Positions 16,614-31,700 of a DNA stretch of 64,000 bases are shown in pieces. The notes under the pieces are model-generated. The model did no database searches and had not been told where the DNA came from. It saw only the letters and a list, made by a program, of their open reading frames with translations. Every line of letters begins with the position of its first letter. The stretch's first letter is position 1. Where the stretch lies: assembly GCA_013265495.1 (NCBI GenBank), contig MU058584.1:6042407-6106406 (forward strand), written 5' to 3'. Made by a program: the position numbers and the translations under genes. The stretch is from Vicugna vicugna. Taxonomy: Eukaryota.

Positions 16614-19029
16614 GTTATATTTTTAAAAATCAGAGGCTAAAACTAAAAAAGCAAGCACATTTAGTCAAGGACAGAAATTACTGGTTCTACAAGATCTTCA
16701 TATTTGACACAGAAGTGTTTTAAGTGAAAGTTTCCAGGGGTCTTTTGCAAGTAAACAGAAAAAATATAGTGACGCTTTCTCTAGCCTCTTGTTTTCCTGC
16801 AGCTGATATGTTAGATAACAATATCTCATGTGGTAAGGAAGAACAATGTGCATCTTCAAAGCAATCTGTCAAATAAATGTTTTCATCCCTATGTTTCAGA
16901 TGAGGAACCCAACACTTAGAGAAAAATAAATACTTGCTACACAGCCTTGTAAGCAGTTGAGCAGGTATTTAAACACAGGCCTCTCTGACCTCCACATCTT
17001 CACCAGAGGTCAAGTTATATACACCAGAGGTATATTATAATATATTTCAAATAATTTTCTATCTAAGGTGAAACAGTCTTTCAAGTAAGATATTATGATC
17101 AGATATAAAAGACTGACATATGCTGACATATGTTAGACTAAAACACATTTTTAAAACAGAATTTTTTAAAATAAAGACTTTTGCATCTTCTAAAATCGGC
17201 TAAAGCCTATTTCCTATGGCTTTCAATATCAGTGTAAAAAAGAATCATTGGGATTAAAAAAAAACAATAAAACCTAGCATATGTTTGTCAGATGAATACA
17301 TATTAGTAAACATTTTCATTTTAACTGAAAAAATCTATGAATTCACTAACTCAACCACTTGTACAATAACATATGCAGGAACTATATTTTATATGTGAAA
17401 TAATAAATACTTATTTTATCTGATATTTTATGCCTTTTTCTCTATAGCATTATACTTTATAAACAATTTGCAAAATAAAATGTCCAGGTCAAAGCATTTT
17501 GAGTAAATGTCAGTCTCTTCTATTATCTCAAAAACTTCACTACACAATCTATGGAGAAAAGAGAAGTGGAATTAGATAAGCTCTAAAGATAATGACTACA
17601 GACTTAGATAAAAAGTTAAGGTATAATACAGGAGAAAGTAAAATTCAACAGTCATACGATGAAGACTAGTTAAGTCAGACACACAAGTTAGCTATAGGAA
17701 ACACAGGATTCTGTAGGAAATACTAAGTATTTTGAGGTGAGGGTTTTATATTTGGAGGAAAATGTACTGTAAAAATTGTGAAATTACTTCAAAAACAAGA
17801 GAAGTAGAGACTAATTGGGTGTTTCCAACCGCAATGTTTTGTTCTTGGGATCAGAGCGATCTAAACAGAAAAGACTTGTAGATTTTAATAAATCACATTG
17901 TTACACTACTGAAGGCATTCATTTATATTATTCTAATATAAAACACACTTGCTAGGAAAACAGACCTTCACATAGGCTTTCATGACATGTAAGTTAAAAA
18001 TGAAAAATCCAATTTTATTCCCCAGAAGGAAAGTATCCCTTAGGGTTTGATCAGTTTATACTTCACAGTGTTTAGCTTTTTCCAGGTACTGAGATATTTA
18101 AAAATTTCTTCAAGTAAAGTCCCATAGCAAACTCATATTCTGGAGACAAGACTCTTTTCCCCTGATATTCCAGTTTCTTTCTATATGTTGTTCAGCTGTG
18201 GGTAGGTTCTAGTCCTACTTAGTTTTTACAAAATATTATTTGAAGTTATTTTCCTCTATGTAGTAAATTCACTGAAAAGTAGGATTCCAAGTCACACAAC
18301 TTACTAAGTCAATGGTAAAAGAAACAAGTCAATAATCAATACAAAGGATTTTTAACATCAAAATAAATCATCAAACATGTTAAAATTCAACGTGGAACTA
18401 GGAATATTAATATGCTACTCTGTTTGAGGAGAGTCTGTGTGTCTACTGCTAGTGTCAATGAAAAGATTCTAAAATGTAATGTTCTAAAGTGGTACATCAA
18501 TTCATGTAAGGTGAGAGGAAAGAAAGATTTGCTTGTAAGAGATCTGTACTCCATAAAAAAATAACAAGGAAGGTGCTCTAGAGCTAATTATACATCTATA
18601 TATCTATCACTTCCAAAGGGTAACTCCGGATAAGGGGTATGTGATAAAACAGAAAGACTGTAGAAGAATCCTAAAATTGTAATAATTTCTAAAAAGTAGA
18701 TGAATAAACATATGAAAGAAAAGTCTTACTCATGGCCAAAGGTGAGAGCTCCTTGCAGTTCTCCCATACCTTCCTAATTCTTCTTTATCTATGATCTTCT
18801 ATTAAAAAAATCTCTGAATGTGTCCCCAGACCCCTACAATCTTTACCTAAAATGATTATCATGCCCCAAAATGTGCTAAAAAAATTACTAAAGGACTGAA
18901 GGAAACAGAAGGTCTAGGAATGCAGGGCTTTCCTACAAGATTGGTGAATAGCCAATTTTTTTGTAACCACAATTCTCTGAGAGAACGGAAAAGAGAAAAG
19001 ATTAAGCAAAAAGTGATATTGTTCCTGTC

Positions 19030-19210
19030 ATATGTTAAGCATATATTTTCTCATTTAACTCTTATAACAACTGAAGAGGTAGGTATTATCTTTGATTTGG
19101 AGACGAAGCAATGACATTCATTACAGTTATGAATTCTCTGAAAGGAAACACAGCTGTGAATCTGAGATTCAAACCTAAGTCTGACTACAAAGCCTGAGTG
19201 CATGTATCCT
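19030..19210 (-). mobile_element. MIR SINE
   Basis: tctcatttaactcttataacaac...aggtaggtattat...gattcaaacctaagtctgactacaaagcc. Confidence 0.7.
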
Positions 19211-19616
19211 CTACTAAGCCTTCCAGGAGGCAGCAGAAATGGTGAAATAATGCCAAATAAACATAAATTGTTACCATCATTCCTTAGTGGCACAGTACAG
19301 GAAGGAAATGCAGTTAGAAGGGACTCTAAACGATCTTGGAGAAAAGGTTGGGAAGACGGTAGGAGAAGGGAAGAGAGGAGATGAAATGCAGAAAAACAAT
19401 CAGTTATTTATCAGAGGACCTGTGCCCAGATGCAGTAGGTTCCAAGGGATGAAGGAAGATCCTGACAGGGACAAAATGCATTATTCCCCAAGCAGTTTGC
19501 CCCCAGTCAATCTCAGTCTCACTAAATTAGACAAGAACTGCTATCAAGTGGTGTTCAATATTATGAGTAAAAAAAAAGTGCTAGAAGCTTAAAAGTTTGA
19601 GTAGAGTGGTAAATAG

Positions 19617-19875
19617 AGGCAGTATAACTTCGTGGTTAAAAGCTCAGGCTCTGGAGGCAGACTGCGTGGGTTCAGTTTGTGGCCTGCCACTTACGAGCAT
19701 AAATGACCTTCTGTGTGTTAGTGAAACTCTCTATGCTTCAGTTTCTTCACCTATGAAATCGGGATAGCAACTGTGCCTATCTCAGAGTTGTTACAGTGAG
19801 GACTAGGTGAGAGAATCCCGGTAAAGCCATTAGTACTGAGTCCGACACGCAGTAACTGGATTCAATAAACGTCAT
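19617..19875 (+). mobile_element. near full-length MIR SINE
   Basis: gtggttaaaagctcaggctctggaggcagactg...cttcagtttcttcacctatgaaatcgggata...tcaataaacgt. Confidence 0.85.
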
Positions 19876-22800
19876 TTCTTACCAAAAAAACGATATTATC
19901 ACTGTTCCCCTAACAAACATGTTGTCTTGTGTTCTTCTATCCTCAAGGTTTAACTGTAGTTAGAGGTAAGCAGGTTTACAAGGCAGCCAAGACTTCTCCG
20001 AGATAAGTTAGACAGGGCTCACAGGTATATTCTGAGCCTGTGGCCGAGCCACTTGTCCTCCAGCTTAGTTACTTTCCTATAAAGCCCTGCTATACCCCAA
20101 GTATGGGCTTAGGAGAGTCACCTCATAAATACCTCAAGGCTCCACTCATGACTGTACCTGGTTAGAACCCTGCATCATTCTCTTGTTCTCATAGGGTTAT
20201 AAATCCCTTAATCAGAATGAAGCTTGAGGAAAGAAAGTAATCAAAGCATAGATGACTGTCACTGGTAAGTGTTCCTCCACCACCACTACCACAAATACAT
20301 TGTGAACCTCCCTTCCTTCCTTCATGCTTCCTTGTCTGTAACAGAACTTAATTTCACTCTTAGAGTAGGGAATGGTTATGGAGGTGTTGAGCTACAAGAA
20401 GATGAAAGGACTCAGAGAAGTCTGAGAATACAGAAGAAGACAAACCTCACAATTAGCTACACACTTCATGTATCTTTAAGTAGCATGTCCCAGGCAAATA
20501 AAACATACAGGCATTTCCTCACTTGCTAGGGCTGAAGCACAACAAAAGAAACTGGAATATGACTAGTACTACACCAGAAGTATTTTTTTTCCCCTTGAGG
20601 AAAGCATGAAAGGAGGTGATGATAGGTCTAAGGGACTATAACACTGTACTCAGAGCTCTATATAACCCAGTTGCTGATAAGGCTTCTAGATTTTATCTGG
20701 GTAAAGGTTCCCTAGAATTCAATCAACTGATTTAAAAATACCTATAAAATTGATTTTCTTCTCATTTTGTATTTATTTATGGAATGAAAACAGATCTAAA
20801 CTGACACTTTTCCTTTTATTAAGAAAAAAAGGTATAAACATTTTATAAGTGGTCTTTGTTACCCATATGGTACCTTGGTGATCCTAATTAACATCTTATT
20901 GTTACAAATCATTTATTTCCATGCTCCACTAAAGAGCTGCAATATATAAATGAAGATTACAGTACATAAACCACAGGTATCTTATTCAATGAATCATAAA
21001 GGATTATATAAGTAATTAATTGCTTGGTAAAAATGCAGCCTTAACTTCATGGCATTCAGCAGATACCTGACAGCCACAGCAAAAAGACAAAGTACTACAG
21101 GAGAAAAGTGAATACCTGGAGGGAGAAGATGTCTGGAAATAACCTGAATTCATCTTTTTAAACATAGCTGCACAGAAAGTAGAGGCTTCCTGGCAGCCAA
21201 CATTTATTATTACTTAAAGGCTAATTTAAAGATCACATAGCAATAAACAGCCATTAAGAGAGATTAAATGGTTCAAGTAAAATTAAGAGCTTATTTTTTA
21301 TTATAAGCTAATAATCTTCTTCATTCATTGGGATAAAAGATATCTGAGTTCTCAAAAACTGAATCTCAAAAAAAAATCTTGCATACCCTAGAAGAGCTGG
21401 GGCTGGGTGGTATAAGTTTCCCATAAGAATTCATAATTAAGAACCATAAACTCCAGCTAGCCAGCTGATTCCTCCACATCCTACAAATGGCAGACATTTC
21501 AAAAGGGCTCCTTTAAGACTTACAGACATCAATTATTCCCTAACGGCAACCCAAGTTAAAACAGGCTGCCAATAGTCGGTATGCTGGCACAGCACCAAAG
21601 GCTCTATGAATTTTGAGCAGAGCAGTGAAAAGACTGAATATTTTGAGAACTAGGTCCTTAATGACTAGAGGTGGATTAGTCAGATCTGTTCAAGTAATAA
21701 GGCCCGGGTGGAAAAAAAATGGTCTAGTCATTATGATTCCTTTGGTATTTATGGTAATAAACATGAATCATGATGAACTCACTGGCTATTAAATGTAGAG
21801 GTCATAAGTACTTTGATAGGATTTCCACAGGAATTCACCGTTAATTAGCTGGATCATTATTTGGAAGTGTTACTGAATTATCTTAGCAGTTGTGCAGCCA
21901 TTCACCCCAAAACTGGTCATTCCCAGCTGAGGGCAGTTAATGCCTTAACAAACTGGTCATTAACTCCAACAACTGATTTTGTGGGAATTACTGCACTTAT
22001 AAAGTAGATTCAAGATTTTTTTTTTCCTTTTTAAAGAAATTTGCAGCTGTAGTTCAGCTGGAGCAGCTGAAGGAGGAAAAAAAGTCAGCTCTCTGGGCTG
22101 CTCTCACGATCGATTTTCTGCCAATTAAAGGGCAAAAGCATGCTGATGGGTTTTGAATTTTAAAATGTCTTCAGTTTTTCTCATTTCTGAAGTGATTAGT
22201 AAAAACACCATTTAGCTACTAATTTTGTAAGACGCTTGGGATTTTCCATTCAAAGTTCAGTCAAACAGAAATATGAGTTCTGAACACCAGAACTCAAAGC
22301 CAAATTTCCGCTTCTGCAGTAGACCCAGCCCAACACTTTGTAAAAACAGAGTGAGAACACAAGTTATGGGCCACATTATTAGCCAGATTCTCATTCCCTT
22401 CTGCACTGCATGTCTTCGTTCAAAGTAAAAAACTCCCTTTGAAGTCACAAAGGGGGTCCATGAAAAGATAAGAGAAGTGGGAATATAAGCACCCCTGTAT
22501 TAGAATAGAGCAGCATTAGGGTGATAAATTACCCCTAGAAAGTCCATGTGAATACAACACACTTCAAAAATCACAGTGTCTTAAAATTTACTACAGAGTT
22601 GGAGTCCTTAAAGCTCTATCAACATAGAAAATGCTAAAGGCAAAACTACCAATTAAAAGATAATTTCAACAATCACTGAACACACATATTGACTATATTG
22701 ACATATGCTAAAAATACACTGCAAGTATATTAGATGAGCTTTTGCACATATTTCCATATCATTTTATGTTTAACTTACTAGAGCCCATACTGCAGACACA

Positions 22801-25163
22801 TACCCAGTATGATCAGACAGACAGCCTTAGTTAAAACTTGAATTTGGAGAGACCAATTTTCAAGATTGCAACTATACTGGATAGTCTTCTGTTTTAGGAC
22901 AGATTTGTTCACAGTTAAGTCTAATAGAGATTTGAAATGAATATATAAAAGCCAAGAGTTTTGTAACCAGGAACTGAAAGAGGGAAAAATGACAGAATTT
23001 ACAGGTTACAATGATCAGTATGTAAACAAGTGTAACAATAGTTTTGCGATACAATGGTTTGTGGATAACTGGACTTTTGTGTACAATTATTTAAAAACTG
23101 TAAGAAACTGAAATTGTAAATCTACCAGTAAGCTCAACAGCTCTGTCACGTTAAGAGGTATTCATTAAATAAGTAATCTAAAATCCAGCACTTTTGATAC
23201 ATTTTCACTATTTTTTGGTATGTACAACTGTACATTTTGCCACATAGCTTATTTTTCAAATATTTTCAATATGTTTCAATTAGTTTATTACCTTGACTAC
23301 AGTATTCTTTTATTACATCCAGAGCATGCCAACAAGAACTTATTTATAATATACCCTACAAAATATGCATACTTGTGGTACAAATGATAAGGACCAAAAT
23401 AAAACCCTTAACAACGGCTGTTTTCTAGCCTACAGGTCCATATCATTGACTTAATGTGCTTTGGTCAACTTTTACCATCTAGAAACGGAGATACCTCAGG
23501 CAATATTCACACACAGTGTATTGGAACCAGCTGGTGATAGAAGAATCCTAAGAAAAAAGGCTTCTTGATTTAATTGGGAAAACAGGAGGAAGCATAAATT
23601 TTACTGCCATTAATAACTTCAAGCAATCTTGATATGACTCTACCTCACCCTGACATGTGCTTTCTGTTAAAGTGTTTGCCACATCTGACCCCTATTGTTT
23701 GCTCACTTGATCAGGTAAGAAAATGTAGCTTTATTTATAGGATAAATGAGGCCTATTAAAATCGAGAAACAGTGCAGTAGTCTTTGAGGGACTGCGTACT
23801 GAAATAGATGTGTGAAATTCCATAACAGTCTTGTAATAAGCAGGCCAAATGAAGTTATTTAAAAAAAAATCTACTTCAAGTGTCTTAAAGAAACCATCAT
23901 AAAGGCAACTTAGTTTTTTTAAATGGAAAATACCTCCTAATTGGAAAATGGTCTGACCATTTCTAATTTTTAATAAGTCAGAAAACGTCATTTACAAAAT
24001 ATTGTTCTCTTTAGAAAATAAAGACAAGCTTTATTTCTTTCATTTTAGATACTTTAAAAATTATAAATTAAGTCATATTACTATATAATGAGAAAAATAA
24101 ATTTAACATTACAGAGGAATTTCAAAGGTGTTCAGAAATTAACTTTTTCAATTTTCTTTTAAGGACATGTGACAGATGGTCAAAGAAAATAATCCTTAGT
24201 TTTTAATGATCAAAGTTTAAAGTCCAACAGTATCTGCTCTGGTGATCTCCAAAAATAAGGGAAATCAGACTTGTCTCAACCGGAAGAAATCAAACATTTA
24301 TCACTTAAATCTTGACCTGGTTTGACTCCCTCCATGCTGATAAAATCTTTCTACAGCCTTGGAAAATGCCCTGAAACCCAGATTACCTAATGTAATCTAG
24401 ATCAAGATGAATCAGGTGCCAATCTTACTCTCAAAACTCACAGAACGTAGAAACATTTATATCCATTTGGAACGCCTTGGAAACTCTAATTTATATTCCA
24501 CTGAAGAGAATATGGTCTAACATTTGGATCCATTTTGAAATGATTCATGTGGAATTGTGAAACAGGCATGACAATGTGCTATTGAATCTAGGAATCCTAA
24601 TTTTTCTGCCATAACCAATAAAATTAGTTTCAGCAGAAACAAGTCATGCAAATTAGTATAGATTCACAACCCTCAAATTTAGAATAATCAAAATTTACAG
24701 TTAGGAATTTGAATCAAGATTTAAATTATAGATCAAACTTTGATACTAGTAACATTCAGTGCCATACATGTATCACCGACCAGCGTGGCTCTGGGGATTA
24801 AAGGGCAACTTTAAGAAAGATTTCTGAGTGGGTTAACTTTTTTAGTTAACTTGCACATTTAGATGCATAAATTATTTGATAAAGTGACTAATATAAGTTA
24901 AGCACTTGTATATTTGAGGAGTTTGATCTTTAGTTATTACAATTACTATAAATATTGAAAAGCTTAGCAATATCTCTATGTAACATCACTAATTCCTTAA
25001 TTTGGGGGTGGGGGAAACATTCTCATCTCTGCTCATAAATGAACTAGGGAAGTATCCCAAGGCATGGTCATTTGTGATGTTGAGTTTAACATATGAAAGT
25101 TTAAATAGTTTAAAAGAACTGTATGCTAACCTAGGACCAAATCTGTCATTTCATTTATCTGAA

Positions 25164-25446
25164 TAGTGCTTCTCAAACTGTATGTGACGGAGGGCCAGGT
25201 TTTTACTTTTCCTCCCAATGTATCAAAGACCAATACTTTCGTAAAGTATAATAAAAATGAAATTAAACAAATGATATACAAAATAGTGATGCAAAATTTT
25301 TATTACTATGTTCAGCAGACATTATTATTTGATTAACTTGCTACAAGTGTTCTAAATGCTTATTCTCAATTTCTGGATTTACTCATTACAAACCAAAAAC
25401 AAGCTGTTTATGAAAATGTGCTGGTCTGCGCTTTGAGCATCACTGT
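25164..25446. mobile_element. hAT-Charlie non-autonomous element
   Basis: Imperfect terminal inverted repeats tagtgcttctcaaa ... tttgagcatcactg. Confidence 0.55.
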
Positions 25447-25914
25447 ATTAGAAGACTCTTGCCCTGAATTATATAATTCACTAAAGAAATCTATATCATA
25501 TAATACAAGCGAAATTACATTACTCTTTCAATGTTTAAAATGAACCTCCTATAACCAGGCCTAAAAATGGTCATAACTATGAAGCAAGACTTTTCTCTGT
25601 GTTCCTGATCTTTTTCATTTAGCCACTATTAGCTCCTCAAGACTTCCTCTTCCTTTTCTTCCTCCTTATCATAACTAAAATTCATATAAGGTTTTCTAAT
25701 TAAGAAATAAGTATATATTCATTCTCATCTGATTTGCACAATAATCCTGAGATGGGTTCTATCCTTGTATTCTCTAAAAGAGACAAAAGGTTCAGTGAAG
25801 ATCAACTGACTTGCCTAATGTCACTCAGCTAATAAAGAGTGAAGGGAAGCAAGAAGACTCAAGCCCAGCTCTTTTGAAGTTCGTTCCTTTCACATGTTCC
25901 TTTTATATATTAAT

Positions 25915-27850
25915 CTATCCAACCATCCACCAAATAGTTATTGAGAACAATATGCCAGGCGTTGCTGTAGGCACTGGGAATATAGATCTGAATAAAACTG
26001 ATACAACTCTACATTTTCATGGAACTTACAGTCTTTGAGGCCTGGGGCCTGGTGGTGATTGTGGGTGGTGAAGATAATAAACAAGATAATTTGAAAGATA
26101 TATTGCATGGTGATTAAGTGCCATTGGAGAAAAATAAAGAAAAAATAGACAGAGAACAACAGAAACCAGGGACTGAAATTTTAAATAGGATAGCCTGGAA
26201 GCAAAGCCCAAAACAGGTGAGGAAATGAACCATACAAAAAAGTAGGAAAGGACATTCGAGACAAGAAGGAATAGGAAGTGCAAAAGTCCTGAGGCAGGAA
26301 TGTGTCTACTGAGTTCAAGAACTAGCAAGGAGGCCAATGTGCCTTTAGCAGAAAGAAGAAGAGAGAGAGTACTAGAAGATGTAGTTACAGAAGAAAGAAG
26401 CCAGGAGAGAACCTTTAAATCCTTGTAGGCCATTATAAGGGGGTTCTTCCTCTGAGATGAGAAATCATTCGAAAGTTTTGAGCCGAGAAATGACATAATT
26501 TAACTTAAATTTTAATAGGATCTGTGTGCTTCATCAAGAAGAGACTGTGAGGCAAGCGTGAAAGCACAAAGACCAGTTAGGATGTGACAGGGAAGAGATG
26601 GCTGGGATCAGGGTGGTAGCAGCTATAGTTTGAAGACAGAGATGACTGACCTGACAGATTGGATGTAGGGTTGGAGGAAAGGATCAGTGTCAAAGATAAC
26701 TTCTCCCGGTTTTGCTCAGTTAACTAAGAAAGAGGAAGTTGCCATTTATGTAGATCTTAAGGAATGAAAACCATGGGTCTAGGGAGGGAGGAGAATTAGG
26801 AGCTTAATTCTGAACACGTTAAATCTCAGATACTAATAGCACATCCATGAGATAATGCCTGGAATAAGGAAATCAGAGAAGAAGCTGAAATTATCTATTT
26901 ATATTGAGGAGTCATCAGTATAGGTACAGTATTTAAATGGAATGGGTGAAGTCACCAAGGAAGCTACGTATAGAGAAAAAAAAATCTAAGGACTAAGCCT
27001 TGGGGATATTCTAATGCACAGAGATTAGGGAGATGAGGTGGAAGCAGAAAAAGAGACTGAGAAGGAGTATGTACCTAGGAGGAAAACCAGAAGAGTACTG
27101 TGTCCTGGAAAATCAATGAAAAAAGTTAAAGGAGATAAAAAAACTATGTCAAATGCTGGGAACTAACCACTGGGTTTAGCAATATGGAGGTCACTAGAAC
27201 TTGACCAGAGTAGTGTGATGGGGGGTGTGTGTGTGTAGGGGTATGTGAAAGTCAGGGAGAGAAAGAGAGGGAGAGGGATAGATGGGGGAGAGGGGGGAAA
27301 GAGTGCACAAGAGCAAAAAGCAGAAAGGAAAGAATATGAATGTATATGAAAAGGAAGAGAAATGAGAGACAAGAAATGAAGACAACTCTTAAGAGGCATT
27401 CTGCAATAGTAGGAAGAAACAAAGTGAGATGACAGCTGAAAGGTAAAAGAGTGAAAAGTCAAGAATTTTTATTAAGATAGATGATATAACAGCATATTTG
27501 TATGTTGATGGCAAGGATCTAATAGCGGGGGAAAATTAATGATGTGAGACAGAAAAAAGAACTGCTGGAGCAAGAATCCTGAACAGGAGAGTGAGAATGG
27601 GGTGGGGTGGGAGCATGACCTACGATAAGAGTAGGGGCAAGTGCATAATAATTGGAGAGAAGCAACGCATAGACAGATGCAAGCAGGAGGGTAAGTGTGG
27701 CAACAGAAACCTACCGAAGTTCTCTTTGGATTGCTTCTACTTTGTCAGTGAAATACAAAGCAAAACAAGGAATGAGCTGAGGATGAGGGTAAGGTGTTGA
27801 ATTTAGGAGAAGGTAGAGGGATGAAATCCTTACTTGAAAGAGTGGGAAAA
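25915..27850 (-). mobile_element. L2 LINE, about 1.9 kb
   Basis: Reverse L2 tail (caaatagttattgag...tatgccaggc...taggcactggg) and a long purine-rich L2 body (gaggcaggaatgtg, gtcaaagataac, gcaatatggaggtcact). Confidence 0.8.
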
Positions 27851-28307
27851 TGACTAGACAAAGAAAGTGTAGTATGATTGCTGGGCAGCATTAAAGGCCT
27901 AGTGTTGATTAATTATCCAGAATTTTCTATATGCTGCTGTCCTTTTATGCTCAGGGTCTCCCATCTCTGTCTTCCCATACCATGTCATAAATCTCCTCTC
28001 CCCCTTCATAAAGCACCAAAGAAATTGGTAGTAATAATAATTCTTACTAAGATGTGAGTGGTTGAACACTCAAATGTCAAAAGAGCAAGGCAAGAAATAT
28101 AACTAAATGTCTAAGCATAAGAGAAAATAAAGATTACTCTAGAGGAATGGGAGTGTTTGGGTCTTTCTAGAAATCCAAATATAAAATTAAGAAAATATAT
28201 TCTGGTAAAACCAAGTATGTCTTCTAGCTAGATTTAACCTGTTAATCTGAGACTCCTGATGTATTGTTCCTAATAGGACTTAAAAGCTTTAAAAGAATGC
28301 TATAATT

Positions 28308-28757
28308 CACTGGTTTTCAAAGTGTGGTCTGAGGTCCCATAAAGGGGATCTGCAAAGTCACACCATTTTTATAACATACTAATATATTTTCATTTTTTCT
28401 CTCATTATTTCATAAGAGGCTACATGACATATGATTTCACAAAAGATTGAAGGCTGTATGAGAGCCAGCTGTTGTCTATTATATCTGATTGTGGAGATTT
28501 GCAAAAGTAAAATTATGTCCACTCTTCTCACTAGTTATTGTTTTGTTTTGGAAAAGTTATTTTTCATAAAAATATTTATGTTACCATGTAATAGGTTTGT
28601 AATTTTCAAATAAATAAATATGCAAAATTTTCTCAGTTTTACTTTTGAATATTATAAATATCCATAAGTATAACCCCCCATAAACATAAGTTCTCTGGGG
28701 TCCTCGATTATTAAGAATATAAAAAGGTCCTGAGACCAAAAGTTTGAAAACTGACAC
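28308..28757. mobile_element. hAT-Charlie DNA transposon remnant
   Basis: Ends cactggttttcaaagtgtggtc ... gagaccaaaagtttgaaaactg. Confidence 0.65.
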
Positions 28758-31700
28758 ATTAGCTGTCAAATACCTACAATCTCCTAATAAACAGGGAACT
28801 CACAAAACAGCAGATAAAGTGAGGAAGGTGGTGACTGCCTATAATTGACAGGTAGCTACCTAATCAGCCTAACCATTAGGTTGGCTATACCTATGCTATT
28901 TTTATTTTAACAAATGCAAAAATTCATGTTTATAGGATGACTTTTATATTTTCTTAAGGTTCATTCCCTTGAGCTTAAATTCCTTTGAAAATCAAGTTAA
29001 AAACTGAAAAGCTGACATGAAAACTCAGAACCTTACTCAATTTAAAATACGTATCAATGTCATTCACAAAGGGGAAAAAAACAGTGTTAAATAAACTCAA
29101 AATAGTCCCAAAGAGTTCACTGGTGAAATACGGCAGTTTTTAAATTAAAAAATATTTTTTAATTTTAATTATTAAAAATTATGCATTCTGTAGTACATTG
29201 TCTTGTGATGTTTGAGCTTTATGTATGAATTGATGTCACAATGAACTAGGATCTTCCAAAGAACACATTTTGGCTGTATATTTATGCTTATTTCTGTGCT
29301 AACAACATTCCTAAGCACAACAAACAATACTCAGCTTATGAAACATCTAAGCCAAGGCAACTGAGAGGTGCAAAAACATTATTTGCCTGGTGCATCTGAC
29401 AAAAAGCTAAGAAAATTCAGTTTTTCAAATTACTTTTGAAACACTATCAGTGCATTTTCTAGGGAACTGAAGAATACACTAAGACAAGGAATTTCCTTGC
29501 CATCTCCCAATCCGGGATATTCTGACATAAGGAAGCACTCTCGAGACTTATCAATGTCAAATGGTTTAAGGACTTATGACAAGGGAATATATACTTTTTT
29601 AATGATGTGACTCCTAGATGAGCCAAAAATCTTTAAACGCTTTAAAAGAAGTTAACTCAGTATCATAAAAAACCTGAATGAACTGTCTAACAATTACGTA
29701 AGTAAAGCCAAACTTCGTAGGTCCAATTCAATTTACATATAATTTGCTGAAACCATGTGTTGTGACAAGCATCCCAGATGGTAACATAAAATTACTAAAC
29801 ATAAAGTATGTGTTAAATACAGGGATTAATAGAACTGAAAAGATTATAAACTGATACTGGACCAAGCAGAGATAAATTTAGGATCCTTATGAAATCTAAG
29901 GAAAAATAATATATCAAAAAATGAATTAAGAAATTAATAATTTTGGTGGTATTTAAGAAAATAAAAAAAAAGGAATTTAGATATAAGTTTTTATAATCTT
30001 TAGATATAACGTTTTCCAAGGACCCAAATAAAATTTTTTGAAATATTTTGGGAGATAATGCCTTCTTTCTCTATGCTTCGGAAAAGATCAAAACTATTCA
30101 AACAAATCAATTTCAGGATAAGTTGAGAAAAAATTTTAAATATGATTTCTAAAATTCCTTATTAATCCCTTTATATGTCCCTGATGTCAAAGGAAAAGCT
30201 AAATTCAAAATTCCTAAATGAAATATTCATACAACAATATTAATGTAATTTTTGGTTCTATTGAACTATAATTTTGGTTCTATTCAGAGCTTCACATGGC
30301 AAAAGAGCTGAGTTATAACACAATTCCTCAAGTATGCATTTTTTTTCCCAGTTATCTGGCAATTCTCACAACAGCAGGGGTCGCAATATACTAGTTAAAT
30401 GTTTCAGGATACAAGAGAACGGGATTAAATGTTCACATAGGACAGCTTTATTAGAGCCTGAAAGATTCATGATTCATTATACTCTAGTTAAAATAATCTA
30501 TTATTAAGTATAAAAAGATTTTTCGGTTATGGGGTCCCTAAACAATAATAAAGAAAACCCACTTAAAATCTGATAGTATTTCCAGTTGAAACAGCATCTC
30601 TTAAAAAATCACTTCTGAAAAGTTCTACCAGATGTATAGCTCCACAAAAGTGCTTTTGCATCGTTTGCATCTTTCAAAAATTAAGTAATTTCTACATGTA
30701 TAAATGGGTAATTTTTAATTTAGTCATTTGTCAACTTGAATATATACTAAACAATGAATTTAATTTCTAATGAAAAAAGCACAGTGACCACGCATATTCT
30801 ATACTGTACGCTCTTTAATTACTTCTCTGTAACTACAGTGAAGAAAATGTACCGCAAATTCTTTAAATATTCGATTTATAGAAGGTTTTCTTTTCCCTTT
30901 CAAAAAAATGTTCAATTTCAGAGAATCATTCCAAATAATAGTCAGAGTAATCTAGAAAAATTTAGATTATCTACTGTTCAACACATTAAAAATCTAGCAG
31001 AGACAGTGATATTTCTGAAGATTTGAAGGGAAAGAAGTCTAATCACTTCCTCTAGGTCAAAGTAAAATTGAAGAATAAAAAAATAGAAAATATAGTGCAT
31101 TGCACACAGAAATGGTAAATACTGCTTCATGAACATTTAAAAAATTACATATATTAAACAAAATGTATGTCACAAAATATAATGCATGTTATACACACCC
31201 ATAGACATACACACATACATACACTTACACATATAAATACATCACACACACATGTGAGTACTGGGTTGCAATGTAAAATTTACCTTACTATAGACTGTAT
31301 AGGCTGTAAAAGATGTCTGAAAGGCACGGCTCTAGATGAATTATTTCCTATCCCTTTCAAGTCTATGCTTTTTATAATGCCAACTTGTATGTAATTGTAA
31401 TGGCCAAAGATCAGAGATATTAAATATATATTGAATTACTCAATTGAGAAGTTCAGTTTATAGGGTTAGAAGTTAATGATTTAATTTTTCACACAAATAA
31501 CATATACATTAGCAAATGTAAAAATGGTCATTCTATTAACTGCTTATCAGGAAATCATTTGGTATATACACTAAACACAATTTCTTTGAATGAAGCAGAG
31601 AGCAAAATTGAGCAAAAAATAGGTTCTTTACAGTCAAAAGAAATGTTACAAGGTCCATGCAATAAATGTTACTAGGAAGAGAACCCTTCCAGCATTCATT

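Noticed and set aside
26026..26496. 156-aa ORF, the longest in the track
   Set aside because: Lies within a decayed L2; no recognisable protein.
27220..27300. G-rich tract as a G-quadruplex regulatory element
   Set aside because: Low-complexity expansion inside L2 with irregular loops; no support for function.
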